From NCBI RefSeq assembly GCF_006345805.1, contig NC_043021.1, forward strand, positions 7,254,001 through 7,318,000: 64,000 bases of DNA, in the 5' to 3' direction. Source of the DNA: Octopus sinensis (taxonomy: Eukaryota). Below, piece after piece: positions 50,780-64,000 of the stretch. Below the pieces are notes generated by a model. The model was not told the origin of the DNA and did no database searches. It saw nothing but the letters and a program-made list of their open reading frames with translations. Position 1 is the stretch's first letter; each line of letters opens with the position of its first letter. The translations under genes and the position numbers were made by a program.

Positions 50780-50889
50780 CGGACTCTTTCCTTCCCTCGC
50801 TTTTTCTTCTCTCTCTTTAAATAGTTCAGTCATGTTCCATATATGTGCGTTTGTGTGTGTGTATATATACATGTATATATGTGTCTGAT

Positions 50890-50922
<33 letters not shown>

Positions 50923-52194
50923 TATATATATGCACACACACAAATATATATATATATATATATACACGCACTCACGCACACGCACACACGCGCGCGCGCG
51001 CGTATGTCCCTTCTAATCTTTCTTTTTCTCGTCTACTTCTCCTCTTCCTCCTATCGTTTTCCTCTTTCACTTCTTGTTGCTTCCGTGTTTATTTTAAAAA
51101 TACCACCACCTCCTCTTACACCTCCCCACCACCGCCACAGCCACTGCTGCCGTCACCACCACCACCACCACTACCATCACCGCTATCGCCGTCGTCTTCA
51201 GATGCCATAAAAAGAATATAAATCGTCGAAGGTTGCCCCCTACCTTCCACACTACCTCCCTAACCATGCGCTGCCCCTTCGCACTGAGTTTACACCACAA
51301 CACACACTGCCGTATACTACTACAATTCTATAACTACATAACAACTCATCACACACTTGCTCTATACTACAACATACACTACATCACTGCAACGCACACA
51401 ACACTACTCCACAACATTCTACACTACACCGTTACATACACTACTTCACAACACCGCTACATACACAACACATTGCACCACTCTGCAACAAAACAGACAA
51501 TTCACTGCATTTATTCCTACACAACACAACCACTACAACACACACTGCTTTATACAACAGTATATATACTACAATACATTCTGCACCGAACTTCAAAACA
51601 TGCTACACTATACATACACAGCTGTGTGGTTAAGGAATTCACTACGTAACTACGTGGTATTGGGTTCGAACCTACTATGTGGTACCTTGAGTAGGTATCT
51701 TTTGCTACGGTCCAATGTCTTTTAAATAAAATTGGGTAAGTAAAAACCTCGTGGAATCCCGTCGGTTTCTCTTCTTAGGAGAGGGATTTAATCTGGTATT
51801 CCGTTTAACATCATTACGTGACATTTGAGTATCTTTGGGTACCTTTGGATACATTTTGTTGAGTTCACTTTATTGTAAGGATCCAGGTTAGTAGTCTGCT
51901 TTAAGGATACCTCTCTCTCTCTCCCTTCTTACTCCTGCCCTATTCCACTTGTTATGGACACCCCGAATAAGGATGTGGGTACTCCACTTCCCCCTCGAAT
52001 TAAACCATTAAAATAAGTACTGCATTTCAGTGCATATTACATTCTAAACCAGAGGTTCACAGCCGGGGTCCATATAAGATTTTGTTGTTAAAAATTATGT
52101 GCACTAAAATAGGTTATATTTCTACGATACCCAAAATATTAAATTTTTTTTTTAATACCATTCCTAATAATATTTGGTTTCTTATTTTTTTTCA

Positions 52195-52800
52195 CGAGGC
52201 CAGCAATTTGGAGGAGAGGGAAGTCGAATACGTCGATTCCAGTGCTTGACTGATACTTATTTCATGGAACCCCCAAAAAATGGAAGGCAAAGTCGACATC
52301 GGTGGAATTTGAACTCATAACGTAAAACAGACGAAATGCTAATAAAGAATCAAGATTTGTAAAACAGACGAAATGCTGACTAAGCATTTTACCCGCAGTG
52401 CTATCGACTCGCCCAGCTTACAATTCCTAATAATATTTTATTATAAATTTCGTCCGTCCTTGCGTTCTGAGTTTAAATTCTCCCAAGGTCAATCGACTTT
52501 GCTTTCATCCTTTCGGGGTCGATGAAATAAGTACCAGTTCAGCACTGGAGTCGATGTAATCGACTTAATCCCTACTCCGAAACTGCTGGCATTGTGCTAA
52601 AATTTGAAACTAACATCTAATTATGAATTCTAAGGCGGCAAACTGGCAGAATCATTAGCATGCCAGGGAAAATGCTTAGCGGTATGTCATCCGACTTCAT
52701 GTTCCGAGTTCAAAATTCCGCCGAAGTCGACTTTGCTTTTCATCCTTTCGGAGTCAATAAAATAAGAATCAGTTGAGCACTGGAATCGAAGTAATCGTCA
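52195..52800. mobile_element. Cluster of SINE family B copies in both orientations
   Basis: Minus copy ~52195-52420, plus copies ~52450-52620 and ~52632-52800. Confidence 0.7.
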
Positions 52801-53028
52801 TACTTGCCGATCTCTTTTAAAGACAAGAGACAAAGGGTTCCATCGCACATTAGGAGTCATACTACTACATGTTATTCAGCAAGTCCAAGAGAATCTGGTG
52901 TGGACAAATTCCTAGATACTAGCGTGAAAATATGGTATGGCAGTCACAAGAAGCACAATGTGTGTGTGTGTTGGGGTGGGGGAGAGAATCACTTGCTTAA
53001 TAAACATATATTTAGTCACCTCCGTGAA

Positions 53029-53360
53029 GGCGCATGGTTCAGTGGTTAGATCGTCGGGTTCACAATCATGAGGTAGTGAGTTCGATTCCGAGATCGGGCT
53101 GTGTTGTGTTCTTGAGCAAGACACTTTATTTCACGTTGCTCCAGTTCACTCAACTGTAAAATTGAATTGCGACGTCACTGGTGCCAAGCTGTATTAACAT
53201 TCGCCTTCCCTTGGATAACAGCAGTGGCACGGAGAGGGGGGAGGCTGGTATGCATGGACAACTACTGGTCTTCCATAAACAACCTTGCCCGGACTTGTGC
53301 CTCGGAAGGGAAATTTCTAGGTGCAATCCCATGGTCATTCATGACTGAAGTTGTCTTCCC
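53029..53360 (+). mobile_element. SINE family C with 16-bp TSD
   Basis: TAGTCACCTCCGTGAA at 53013-53028 and 53361-53376. Confidence 0.9.
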
Positions 53361-53596
53361 TAGTCACCTCCGTGAACATATTGCCTATAAATAAATTACA
53401 GAATCTCCCGGAATTGACAGTGAGGATTCAGAAAACATTACGATTGGTCCTTTTTATCAATCATCAGAGTGGATTATCTCAATCATGAATGTGGATTATC
53501 TCAATTTTCAACTCTCGAAATGACGCAAGCTAGTTGTTATAAAAAGGTTACGATAGTAAAATCATTTACCTCATTGTGTAAAATTATATATATATA

Positions 53597-54005
53597 GGCG
53601 CAGGAGTGGCTGTGTGGTAAGTAGCTTGTTTACCAACCATATGGTTCCGGGTTCAGTTCCACTGCGTGGCACCTTGGGCAAGTGTCTTCTACTATAGCCT
53701 CGGGCCGACCAAAGCCTTGTGAGTGGATTTGGTAGACGGAAACTGAAAGACGCCCGTCGTATATATGTATATATATATATGTGTGTGTGTTTGTGTGTCT
53801 GTGTTTGTCCCACTAGCATTGCTTGACAACCGATGCTGGTGTGTTTACGTCCCCATTACTTAGCGGTTCGGCAAAACAGAATAAGTACTGGGCTTACAAA
53901 AGAATAAGTCCCGGGGTCGAGTTGCTCGATTAAAGGCGGTGCTCCAGCATGCCCGCAGTCAAATGACTGAAACAATTAAAAGATAAAAGATAAAAGATAA
54001 AAGAT
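53597..54005 (+). mobile_element. SINE family A, full length
   Basis: ggcgcaggagtggctgtgtggtaag head to (aaagat)n tail. Confidence 0.9.
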
Positions 54006-54087
54006 ATGTTTACATGTTCCATTAACGTATGTATATGTATGTTTGTGGTGTGTCGGAGGGTGGGGTGAATATGCATGTATATAAATA

Positions 54088-54520
54088 TTGGGTTGGCCAA
54101 AAAGTCTGTTCTGTTTTTGTCGACACTAAACTTCAAGCACATTAATAAGTAGCTAACGTCGGTCTACTCCTTGCACATCTACACTCGCTAGATACTTAAC
54201 ATTTCAACACTATTCAACGCAAACTTTCAACGAAACAGGTTGCATTTTGCATGCTTGGGAGAATCAAAACGAACATTATCAATTCCTTGTACATTAAAAA
54301 AAAATTTTTTAATGGCAAGGAAGCGGCGAAAACCGGTAGAAAGATATGCGCTGTGTTTAGAGAGAATACTGTTATGGAACGTGTGTGTCAGAGGTGGTTT
54401 TCAAGATTTCAATCGGGAAATTTTTCAGTTGAAGATTAACCTTGCTCTGGTCGGTCAAAAGATTAACAGCGACAAAATGAAGAAGCTAGTCGACACCAAC
54501 CTTCGTTAAACGACCAGGAT
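54088..54520 (+). mobile_element. Mariner transposon 5' fragment (left TIR and N-terminal transposase)
   Basis: TA|TTGGGTTGGCCAAAAAG end; KICAVFRENTVMERVCQRWFSRFQSGNFSVED*PCSGR..KKLVDTNLR*TTR matches the mariner HTH region. Confidence 0.8.
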
Positions 54521-56030
54521 AAATGCAGATAACATTTTTCTGGTTGAAATACACCGAAAAATGGCGACACAGCAGTAAAAAAATCGTAAAAAATTGGATT
54601 TTCATAGAAAAAAAGCACCTTTTTGATGTAAATAATTTTTGGTGTTAACATGATCCGATTTGAATTTTTTCTTCTACGGAAGGAAGAGCAAGCCTTCTTC
54701 TAACATACTCTCAATTTTGGTCAACTTGCACCGCAGGGTCTCAGAGGAGATAGTGTTAGTTGAAGGCTACCAAACCTGCCATACACAGACAACTTCAGCT
54801 TTATATATATATATATATACGACGAGCTTCTTTTAGTTTCCGCCTACCAAATCCACTCATAAGGCTTTGGTCGGCCCGAGGCTATAGTAGAAGACACTTG
54901 CTAAAGGTGTTACACAGCGGGATTGAACCTGGAACCATGTGGTTGGGAAGCAAGCTTTTTACCACACAGCCACGCCACTTAAAAATATTTAACCTTCAGA
55001 ACTAAATAATTACTTCAAATTTTTGCCACGTGGAAAGCTTGTGGGGGATGGGGATGAGTCGATTACATCAACTCCAGTGTTCAGCTGGTACTAATTTTAT
55101 CGACTCTGAAAGGATAAAAGACAAAGTCGACCTTGGCGGAATTTGAATTCAGAAGGTAGAGACGAGCGAAATACCGCTGAGCTTTTCATCTACCACGCTA
55201 ACGATTCTGCAAGCCCGCCGCTTTTCAGAACTAAATAATAATTATTATATCTAGAAGGCGCCATAATAATATTAATAATAGGAATAACTACTTCGCATAT
55301 TTTTGCGATATTTCTTCGTGTTTATGTTTATGTTTTCTGCAATAGAAACAATTAAAATTTCAGTGATGCACATAACTTTTGTCGGCACTTCTTTCAGTCT
55401 TTAGACTGCGGCCAGTTCGAAGGTTTTCGGCTGAACAAATCGATCCTAGTACTTATGCATTTATTTTCTTTACGTAAGTCTGATAATTATTCAACCGGCG
55501 TTTTGTGCTTAAAGTTTTAGGAGCATAAAGTTTTAAACGACTCAGTTTTTGTGTTGGTGCTTGTCTATGTCTTTTAGGTGTTTTAACACCCGGTACTTTC
55601 AGAGGGTCATCTCCACCGTATTGATTCGCAGCCGATCAGCGAACAAGCAAAATACTTACATTATGTATGTGTACTTGATAGTGTTTACAAAACTCGCGCT
55701 GCTTTTATTTCATATTTATACATACATACATGCATACATGCATCATATACATACATACATACATACATACATACATACATACATGGGTCAGTTGAATTAG
55801 GTACTTAAATTGAGGCACATTGTTAAGTCAGTGTAACATGCACACCCAACAATATTAAGTGAATATCAGACTTGGTGCATAAGTGCCGGCCACATGATAT
55901 TCTTGCATTGCAGATAATAAGACTCAGCTGAGTGAAGAAACCCGCTCTTAGCTATTCAGACATGTACTTTATATTAAAAATACTATCTATAATATTTACG
56001 AAGCGCAAATTCCAGGATAGGTACATAAAA

Positions 56031-56150
56031 TATACGTGAGTAACAAGGAGGTACAGGTGTCAATCAACTACGGCCGTTTCCAACGACTCAAAGAGCCGTT
56101 GGAAACAGCCGTAATGGATTGACACCTGTACCTCTTTGTTACTCACTTAT

Positions 56151-56151
<1 letters not shown>
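56031..56151. repeat. Foldback element: 59-bp inverted arms, 3-nt loop
   Basis: 53 of 59 positions complementary between 56031-56089 and 56093-56151; TATA at both ends. Confidence 0.9.
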
Positions 56152-56212
<61 letters not shown>

Positions 56213-56491
56213 GTATAGAGAGATAGATAGATAGATAGATACATACATACATACATACATACATATGTACAACAGGCTTCTTTTAGTTTCCATCTATCAA
56301 GTCCACTCACAGGACTTTGGTCGACCTGGTACTATACTAGAAGAAGCTTGTGCAGTGGGAACTGAACCCGGGACCATGGAGTTGAGAAGCAAACGTCTTA
56401 CCACATAGCCACGCCTGCACATAAAATTACACCATAAGTGCGTGTGTGTGTATCCGTATACACGTGCATACATGTACGTATATGCATATAT

Positions 56492-56537
<46 letters not shown>

Positions 56538-56666
56538 TCCGTAACTTAGAGGTTTGGCAAAACAGACCGATAGAATAAAGTAGCAGGCTTTAAACGTAGA
56601 AAAACTACTGGGTCAATTCATTCGATCGAAAATTCTTCAAGGCAGTGCCCCATATATGTGTATGTA

Positions 56667-56741
<75 letters not shown>

Positions 56742-57465
56742 AAGAAAGAAAGAAAGAAAGAAGAAAGAAAGAGGTGCTCCAGTACGACCAGAAACTACAG
56801 GATAGAGTAAAAGAGTTTGAGATACGTGTTTGTGTGTGTGTGTGTGTGTGTGTATTTACGTACACACACACACACACACACACACACAATACACACATAC
56901 ACACATATCGATATGGTAATCATTTACTCGTACATAAACACAAATAACATTTGCAGATGTATGTGTAAGTATAATATATCTGTGTGTATGTATGTATGTA
57001 TGTATTTATGTCAGTCAACAAGTGCACGCATATACACGAGTTCCCGTGGACCCATTAGACAAACACACTAACTCACACACACACACACACACACACACAT
57101 GCACACATACACGCACACATACACGCACACACACAGTTGCAGATGCGCATGCACATACACACACACACATTTACATACACATACTCATATATTCTGTCCG
57201 TACAGAAAGTAATTAGTACACATTAGCCATAAATGCAGGTCAATACACATACATACGTACGCACTCACACACATACAGAAAACATACACACAACGTACAC
57301 ACACGTATATTCAAACATATACACACATACACGTATCATCTATTTCTTTCTCAATTACATACAAGCGCGCGCCCATCCGCCGCATCCAGCGGTCTTTCGT
57401 GCCGTCAGCCGCACTCCCCCACTACCCTTCCCTACACACAAGCACACAGCAAGCCAACTGACACT

Positions 57466-57507
<42 letters not shown>

Positions 57508-57602
57508 GTCTGTGAAACATACACCCAATGCCCCCCAGAGTCAAGGCTCCACGCCCCATTTTTATGGATTATATTATTTTCTACGCCGTATTTCAATACT
57601 GT

Positions 57603-57666
<64 letters not shown>

Positions 57667-58177
57667 CATATATATATAATAATAGTGTTTCATACAACCA
57701 CCCACACACACATATATATATATATATATATAGATATATATATTCATACATACGTGCATACATATATATATACAACACAATGTATATATAGACTGTATGC
57801 ATACATAGACTGTAACGATTATATAAAATACACACATGTGTACGCATCCATATATATATATATATGTATTAAATATAAATATAGATATGTATTTATACAT
57901 TCATATATATATATATGTATGTATGTATATATATGTGTGTGTGTGTGTGTGAGTGTGTGTGTGTAAGTATATATACATACTATTATATATATAGTTACAC
58001 ATATATACATAAATATACACTCACACAGAAAAAGTGTGCGCGTGTGTGTGTATTCGTACAGTTTAACCTTGTTTATATGTGTGCGGCGTGTATGTGTTTG
58101 CGGTTGATATGTCACTTGGTATGTAATTGTATACCTGTGTATAAACAGCGCATATCTCAGTGTTTAAACATACATGA

Positions 58178-58277
58178 NNNNNNNNNNNNNNNNNNNNNNN
58201 NNNNNNNNNNNNNNNNNNNNNNNNNNNNNNNNNNNNNNNNNNNNNNNNNNNNNNNNNNNNNNNNNNNNNNNNNNNNN
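58178..58277. other. Assembly gap (100 N)
   Basis: Run of 100 N inside an AT/AC microsatellite region; true size unknown. Confidence 0.99.
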
Positions 58278-58779
58278 ACACACACAAACAGTTCTTAAGA
58301 TTCATACTGGGTATGATGATTCTATAGACATTACATATATACGTATATGTTCGAACATGTATGCATCCATATACAGAGAGAAGGGAAAAGTGATAGAGAG
58401 ATAGATGAAGAGAGAGAGAGAGAGAGAGAGAGAGGGAAAGATTTTTGTTGATGATTTTAGGTACACTTCAGTACTAATCCAGGAAAACTATAATTAACTT
58501 CATTCCAGCTTTGCCCGTCCCAATCTTTCCCCAGGCTGCATTCAACTCGGATCATATTCAATGTGCTTGCGCGCGCGCGCGAACGCACGTGTGTGCATGT
58601 TTGTGTGTGTGAGTAGGATTATCTGTTTATGTTTATCTATCTATCTATCTTTCTATCTATCCATCTTTTTTTATCTATCTATCAATAGGTATTCCCAATA
58701 CACACACAAATAGCATCTTCAAATGTAAATTGTGATCTTTTCAGGGTCAACAGCTCTAAGATTCATGCTCGAATATCCG

Positions 58780-59325
58780 TTTCTTTATTGCCCACAAGGG
58801 GCTAAACATAGAGGGGACAAACAAGGATAGACAAAGGGATTAAGTCGATTACATCGACCCCAGTGCGTAACTGGTACTTAATTTATCGACCCCGAAAGGA
58901 TAAAAGGCAAAGTCGACCTCGGCGGAATTTGAACTCAGAACGTAGCGACGGGCGAAATACCGCGAAGCACTTCGTCCGGCGTGCTAACGTCTCTGCCTGC
59001 TCGCCGAGGAGTTTTTTTTTTTTTTTGGTGCAGTATCACGAAAGGTGGGGGTTATTGCTTCCCTGCGTAAAAATAGGCGTGGCAGTATGGTAAGAAGCTG
59101 CAAGCTTGGCAGAAACGTTAGCACGCCGGGCGAAATGCTTTGTGGTATTTCGTCCGCCGCTGCGTTCTGAGTTCAAATTCCGCCGAGGTCGACTTTGCCT
59201 TTCATCCTTTCGGTGTCGATCAAATAAGTACCAGTTACGCACAGGGGTCGATATAATCGACTTAATCCGTTTGTCTGTCCTTGTTTGTCCCCTCTGTGTG
59301 TAGCCCCTTGTGGGCAGTAAAGAAA
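58780..59325. mobile_element. Head-to-head pair of SINE family B copies (- 58780-59005, + 59102-59325)
   Basis: Arms are reverse complements including the gcccacaagggg tail. Confidence 0.85.
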
Positions 59326-59872
59326 TTGGTATGGTAAGAAGCTGCTTCCCAACCACATGGTTCTGGGTTCTGTCCCACTGCATGACACCTTGAGCAAGTG
59401 TCTTCTACTATAGCCTCGGGCGGACAAAATCCTTGTGATTTGGTAGCTGGAAATTGAAAGAAGCTCGTTGTCGAAAGGCAATGGAACTGCATTTTATCAA
59501 AAATTCTCACCAAAACTAAACGTTTGGAAGAAAAGCAAAGACAATGTGCATGAACACTCTTTCAAATGGAACAAATCATAAACACTACATAGTTAACTCA
59601 CACGGGCCTATTTTACCCGGAAATACGACTGAGGAGAAATATTGCGAGTACTTGAATACTCCAGCTTGGTCCTCTCCAAACATATCATTTTCAAATCAAT
59701 CAACATCGTTGCAAATGTATGTTTTCATTGGACTTTGGACTCTTTAGATTTATTTCGTACTTTATAATTGTGGCTGAACTCTCTCGAGAATCACTTTTTC
59801 AATCCTCAAAATGTAATGCATATATTTACAAACATGTTAATATGAATATGATAAGAGAAGGAGTGGAAAATC

Positions 59873-59914
<42 letters not shown>

Positions 59915-60016
59915 GAGAATGAAAGACTTTCAAAATCAATGACCGAATCAAGAATGATATCTTGAATTGCAATTAAATTTCAACAAGTTGAAATTTAATA
60001 AGTTGAAATTTAATAA

Positions 60017-60442
60017 GGCGTAGGAGTGGCTGTGTGGTGCAGGAGTAGCCGTGTGGTAAGTGGCTTGCTTACCAACCACATGGTTCCAAGTTCAGTCCCA
60101 CTGCGTGGCACCTTGGGCAAGTGTCTTCTACTACAGCCTCGGGCCGACCAAAGCCTTGTGAGTGGATTTGGTAGACGGAAACTGAAAGAAGCCCGTCGTA
60201 TATAAATATGTATGTATATATATGTATGTGTGTATACGTTTGTGTGTCTGTGTTTGTTCCCCCAACATCGCTTGAGAACCGATGCTGGTGTGTTTACGTC
60301 CCCATAATTTAGCGGTTCGGCAAAAGAGACCGATAAAATTACTAGGCTTCCAAAGAGTAAGTCCTGGAGTCGATTTGCTCGACTAAAAGGCGGTGCTTCA
60401 GTATGGCCGCAGTCAAATGACTGAAGCAAGTAAAAGAGTAAA
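60017..60442 (+). mobile_element. SINE family A with duplicated 5' head
   Basis: ggcgtaggagtggctgtgtggtgcaggagtagccgtgtggtaag, then full body. Confidence 0.9.
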
Positions 60443-60950
60443 GTGGATCACATCGATACAATATAATTGAAAAGAAGCTTCTCTCTCTCGCTCTCTCTCT
60501 CTCTCTCTATCTATCTATCTTTCCCTTTTATTTTTCTTCTTTTTCTTTTTTTCTTTCGTATCTTCCTTCCTAAAATTGATACCTTAAAAGGTCATTTAGC
60601 ACCAGCCACCTGTTAGTCAACAGAATATCCGCTTTCTCTACTCTCTCCTCTTCTCTTTTCTCTTTCTCCTATTTAAAACAAAACAAAATGACATATACAC
60701 ACACATATATATCACTTTATTAATCCTAATGTGTATATTTACAAACATGTTAATATGAATATAATGAGAGAAGAGGAGGGAGAGAGAAAGGGATGCTTTC
60801 GAAAACAACGACTAAATCGAGATTGGCATCTTGAATTGTAATTAAATTTCAGTGGGTTAACCACATCGATACAATACAATTGAAAAGAAGCCTCTTTCTC
60901 TCTGTCTCTCTTCCCCTTTTCTTTGCTTTTCTTTCTCTTTCTTTATTGTA

Positions 60951-61505
60951 TTGGGTTGTCCGGAAAGTTCGCGCCGATTTCTAAAGGTCAATAAATACTT
61001 GCCATTACATTTTTAATCAACCAAATATGAACCATTTTGTTGCACAATGCATCTCCATCTTTCCTTTATCTTGAAAATACCTTCTTCCCAGAATTGAGTT
61101 GGTTTCGTGGCAAAGAATTCATCAAGGTATCTTTTTACGTCATCCAACAAATTGAAATTTTTACCATTAAGACTATTCTGCAGAGACCTGAATAAGTGGA
61201 AATCCGAAGGAGCAATATCTGGTGAATATGGAGGGTAGGGTAACACATCCCAGCCGAGATGCAGCAATTTTTGTCTGGTTCCCAAAGCATCAACTGCCGA
61301 AAATGAACTTTCTTATGTTCCATTTTAAAGGGTTACAAAATTAACACAGGTTATAGGAACATAAACCTTCTTCCATGAAAAGATAGCTTAAACTGTGCTT
61401 TAAATGGAGGTGTAGTCAAATCATATTTTATGGACTCAAACATGTTCTAAAATAAGTTGAAAGGTAAACTACTATAAATCGGCACAAACTTTCCTGACAG
61501 CCCAA
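60951..61505 (-). mobile_element. Internally deleted mariner with both TIRs, TA TSD and transposase C-terminus
   Basis: TA|TTGGGTTGTCCGGAAAGTTCGCGCCGATTT ... AAATCGGCACAAACTTTCCTGACAGCCCAA|TA. ORF 61285-61013 has LGWDVLPYPPYSPDIAPSDFHLFRSLQN (mariner YSPDLAPxD motif). Confidence 0.93.
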
Positions 61506-62007
61506 TACCTCTTCCTATTTCCCCCCTCTTTCTGCCTTTCCCCCAAAACAAAATTTCTCTTCTAAACAAAACAAAACAACTTCCTCTTTTCGATTTATAT
61601 AAAAGACGGATGAAATTTTCTGTACATTAATATCTTGAAGAGTTCGATTGAACAAACGAAAGCGTTAGTAAAGAATTATCCAAAATTCTGACTGCCTCTT
61701 TTTTCTTAATATACAGTATCTTGACAACTGCTTGGCAACCGATGCTGGTGTGTTTATGTCCCCGTAACTTAGCGGTTCGACAAAAGAGACTGATAGAATA
61801 AGTACTAAGCTTACAAAGAATAAGTCCTGGGGTCGATTTGCTCGACTAAAGGCGGTACTCCAGCATGGCCACAGTCACATGACTGAAACAAGTAAAAGAG
61901 TAAAATAGTAGTTGAACACTGGGGTTAATATATTCGACTTAACCCCTACTCCAAAATTGCTGGCCTTGTGCCAAAATTTGAATTCAATATTATCCCGAAC
62001 TTAACTA

Positions 62008-62406
62008 TACTCTTTACTCTTTTACTGTTTTACTTGTTTCAGTCATCTGACTCTGGCTATGCTGGAGCACCGCCTTCAGTCGAGCAAATCGACCCCAGGA
62101 CTTATTCTTTGTAAGCCCGGTACTTATTCTATTGGTCTCATTTGCCGGACCGCTAAGTTACGGGGACGTAAACACATCAGCATCGGTTGTCAAGCGATGT
62201 TGGGTGGCGGACAAACACATACACACACGTACATACATATATACGATAGGCTTCTTTCAGTTTCCGTCTACCAAATCCACTCACAAAGCTTTGGTCGGCC
62301 CGAGGCTATAGTAGAAGACACCCACCCAAGGTGCCACGCAGTGGGACTGAACTCGGAACCATGTGGTTCGTAAGCAAGCTACGTACCACACAGCCACTCC
62401 TACGTC
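62008..62406 (-). mobile_element. SINE family A, full length
   Basis: Reverse complement of 53597-54005; inverted relative to the 3' half at 61730-61905. Confidence 0.85.
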
Positions 62407-62719
62407 TATCTCATTATTTCAAAAATATTTCAAATATTATATTCTCCTGTGTTTGCTTCTCCTTTCCCGAATCTTTACGGTGTGATTTCGAGAAGATTCG
62501 GCTGCTATTTCCAGCCGATCATTCAACCACCGTCAATCGTTGATTCGGTGTGGTTAATGCTACTGATATTATTGCTGTTAATGTTGTTGGCGTTGTTGTT
62601 GTTGATGTTACTGTGTTTATTGTTGTTGTAGTCGTTGGGGTCGTTCTTGTTTTTATTTATTTTGTTTTTTTTCATTGATCACGGTTATTGTTTTCTCTCG
62701 AGCAGAATCTCGACCACCA

Positions 62720-63302
62720 CCACTACCACCACCGCCATGAAGTTTCTGCCGACTCAGCACAAAAATAGAATGGAATAAAAGAATGATATGATGGTGGTGG
62801 TGGTGTTGGTGTGGTGGTGATGATGATGATGAGGCTGTTGATGATTATGATGGTAATGGTGATGCTGATTATGCTGATACTGGTGGTGGTGGTGGTGGTG
62901 GTGGTATGGTGGTGGTATGGTGGTGGTATGGTGATGGTGGTGGTGGGGGTAGTGGTGGTATGGTGGTGATGGTGGTGGTGGTGGTGGTATGGTGGTGGTA
63001 TGGTGATGGTGGTGGTGGTGGTAGTGGTGGTATGGTGGTGGTGGTGGTGGTGGTATGATGGTGGTATGGTGATGGTGGTGGTGGTGGTGGTAGTGGTGGT
63101 GATGGTGGTGGTGGTTGTGGTTGTGGTGGTGGTGTTGGTGTGGTGGTGGTGGTGATGATGAGGCTGTTGATTATGATGGTAATGATGGTGGTGATTATGC
63201 TGATAGTGATGATGGCGGCGGTGGTGGTGGTGGTGGTGGTGGTGGTGATGATGAGGCTGTTGATGATTATGATGGCAGTGATGATGGTGATTATGCTGAT
63301 AC

Positions 63303-63358
<56 letters not shown>

Positions 63359-63480
63359 TTGGCGGCGGCAGCGGTGGTGGTGGTAACGGGGGGCGTTGGT
63401 CGTGGTGGTAGTGGTGGTTGTAGGTGTAGAGGTGGCAGAGATGCTGAAGATGATGATGATGATGATGATGAGGAACAGAT
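62720..63480. repeat. (GGT/GAT)n low-complexity tract with three copies of a ~55-nt unit
   Basis: gatgatgaggctgttgat(g)attatgatgg..attatgctgata at ~62826, ~63156 and ~63247. Confidence 0.85.
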
Positions 63481-64000
63481 AGAAACAGTGAACAAAAGAA
63501 TACAAAAACGGAAAAGGTATCCTGGTGCGATAAGTATTTTGGTAGTTTGGTCATCGGAAATTAAGGAGTAAGCACGGCTTTCATGATTGTTGTTGTTGTT
63601 GTTAGTGTTGCAGCTCGTACTGCTTGCCATTGGTGCCGGTGCTGGTGATGGTATTGGTGTTGGTATGTGTGTGTTGTTGGTGGTAGTAGTAGTGGCGGCG
63701 GTGTGGTGTTTTTCGAAACACCAATGTTATTGTCGCTACGGTTTTTCGATTTCTTCTTTGTAAAATATCTGTCTGTCTGTCTGTCTGTCTTTCCATCTCA
63801 CTCAATGCATGTATGTATGCATGTATGCATGTGTGTATGCATGCATATATGTATGCATATATGTATGCATGCATGTATGTGTGTATGCATGCATACATAT
63901 ATGCATGCATACACACATGCATGCATGCATATATGTCTGTATGTATACATGAACGCATGTATGCATGCATATACTTATATATCTATGTACATTTGTGTAT

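Overview
Repeat-dense animal genomic DNA, most likely an octopus. That assignment is inferred from my recognition of the tRNA-derived SINE families, the RTE tail and the extreme microsatellite load; it is not proven. One protein-coding gene is well supported: an intact clan-2 cytochrome P450 on the minus strand. Its four coding exons are 45834(or 45699)-45324, 17401-16880, 13295-12852 and 11975-11791. Three phase-1 GT-AG introns of 27,922, 3,584 and 876 bp join them into one frame of 553 aa (508 aa from the better-context second ATG). All core motifs are present: PPGP, WxxxR, AGxET, ExxR, PERF and FxxGxRxCxG. A TATA box lies at 45897-45902. The rest is mostly SINEs of at least four families, decayed RTE, CR1/L2-type and Penelope-like fragments, mariner, hAT and piggyBac-like MITEs, mini- and microsatellites, and a 100-N gap. 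Almost every other ORF in the supplied track is a simple-repeat artefact. I found no multi-gene novel system. The best leads are: a candidate nested antisense signal-peptide exon in intron 1 (25649-25730); a sharp CpG-decay boundary at ~12.85 kb inside the P450 gene; a 121-nt near-perfect hairpin at 56031-56151; a copy of the P450 3'UTR inside its last intron; and a CpG-rich palindromic 32-bp minisatellite next to an AGTTCA-rich array.
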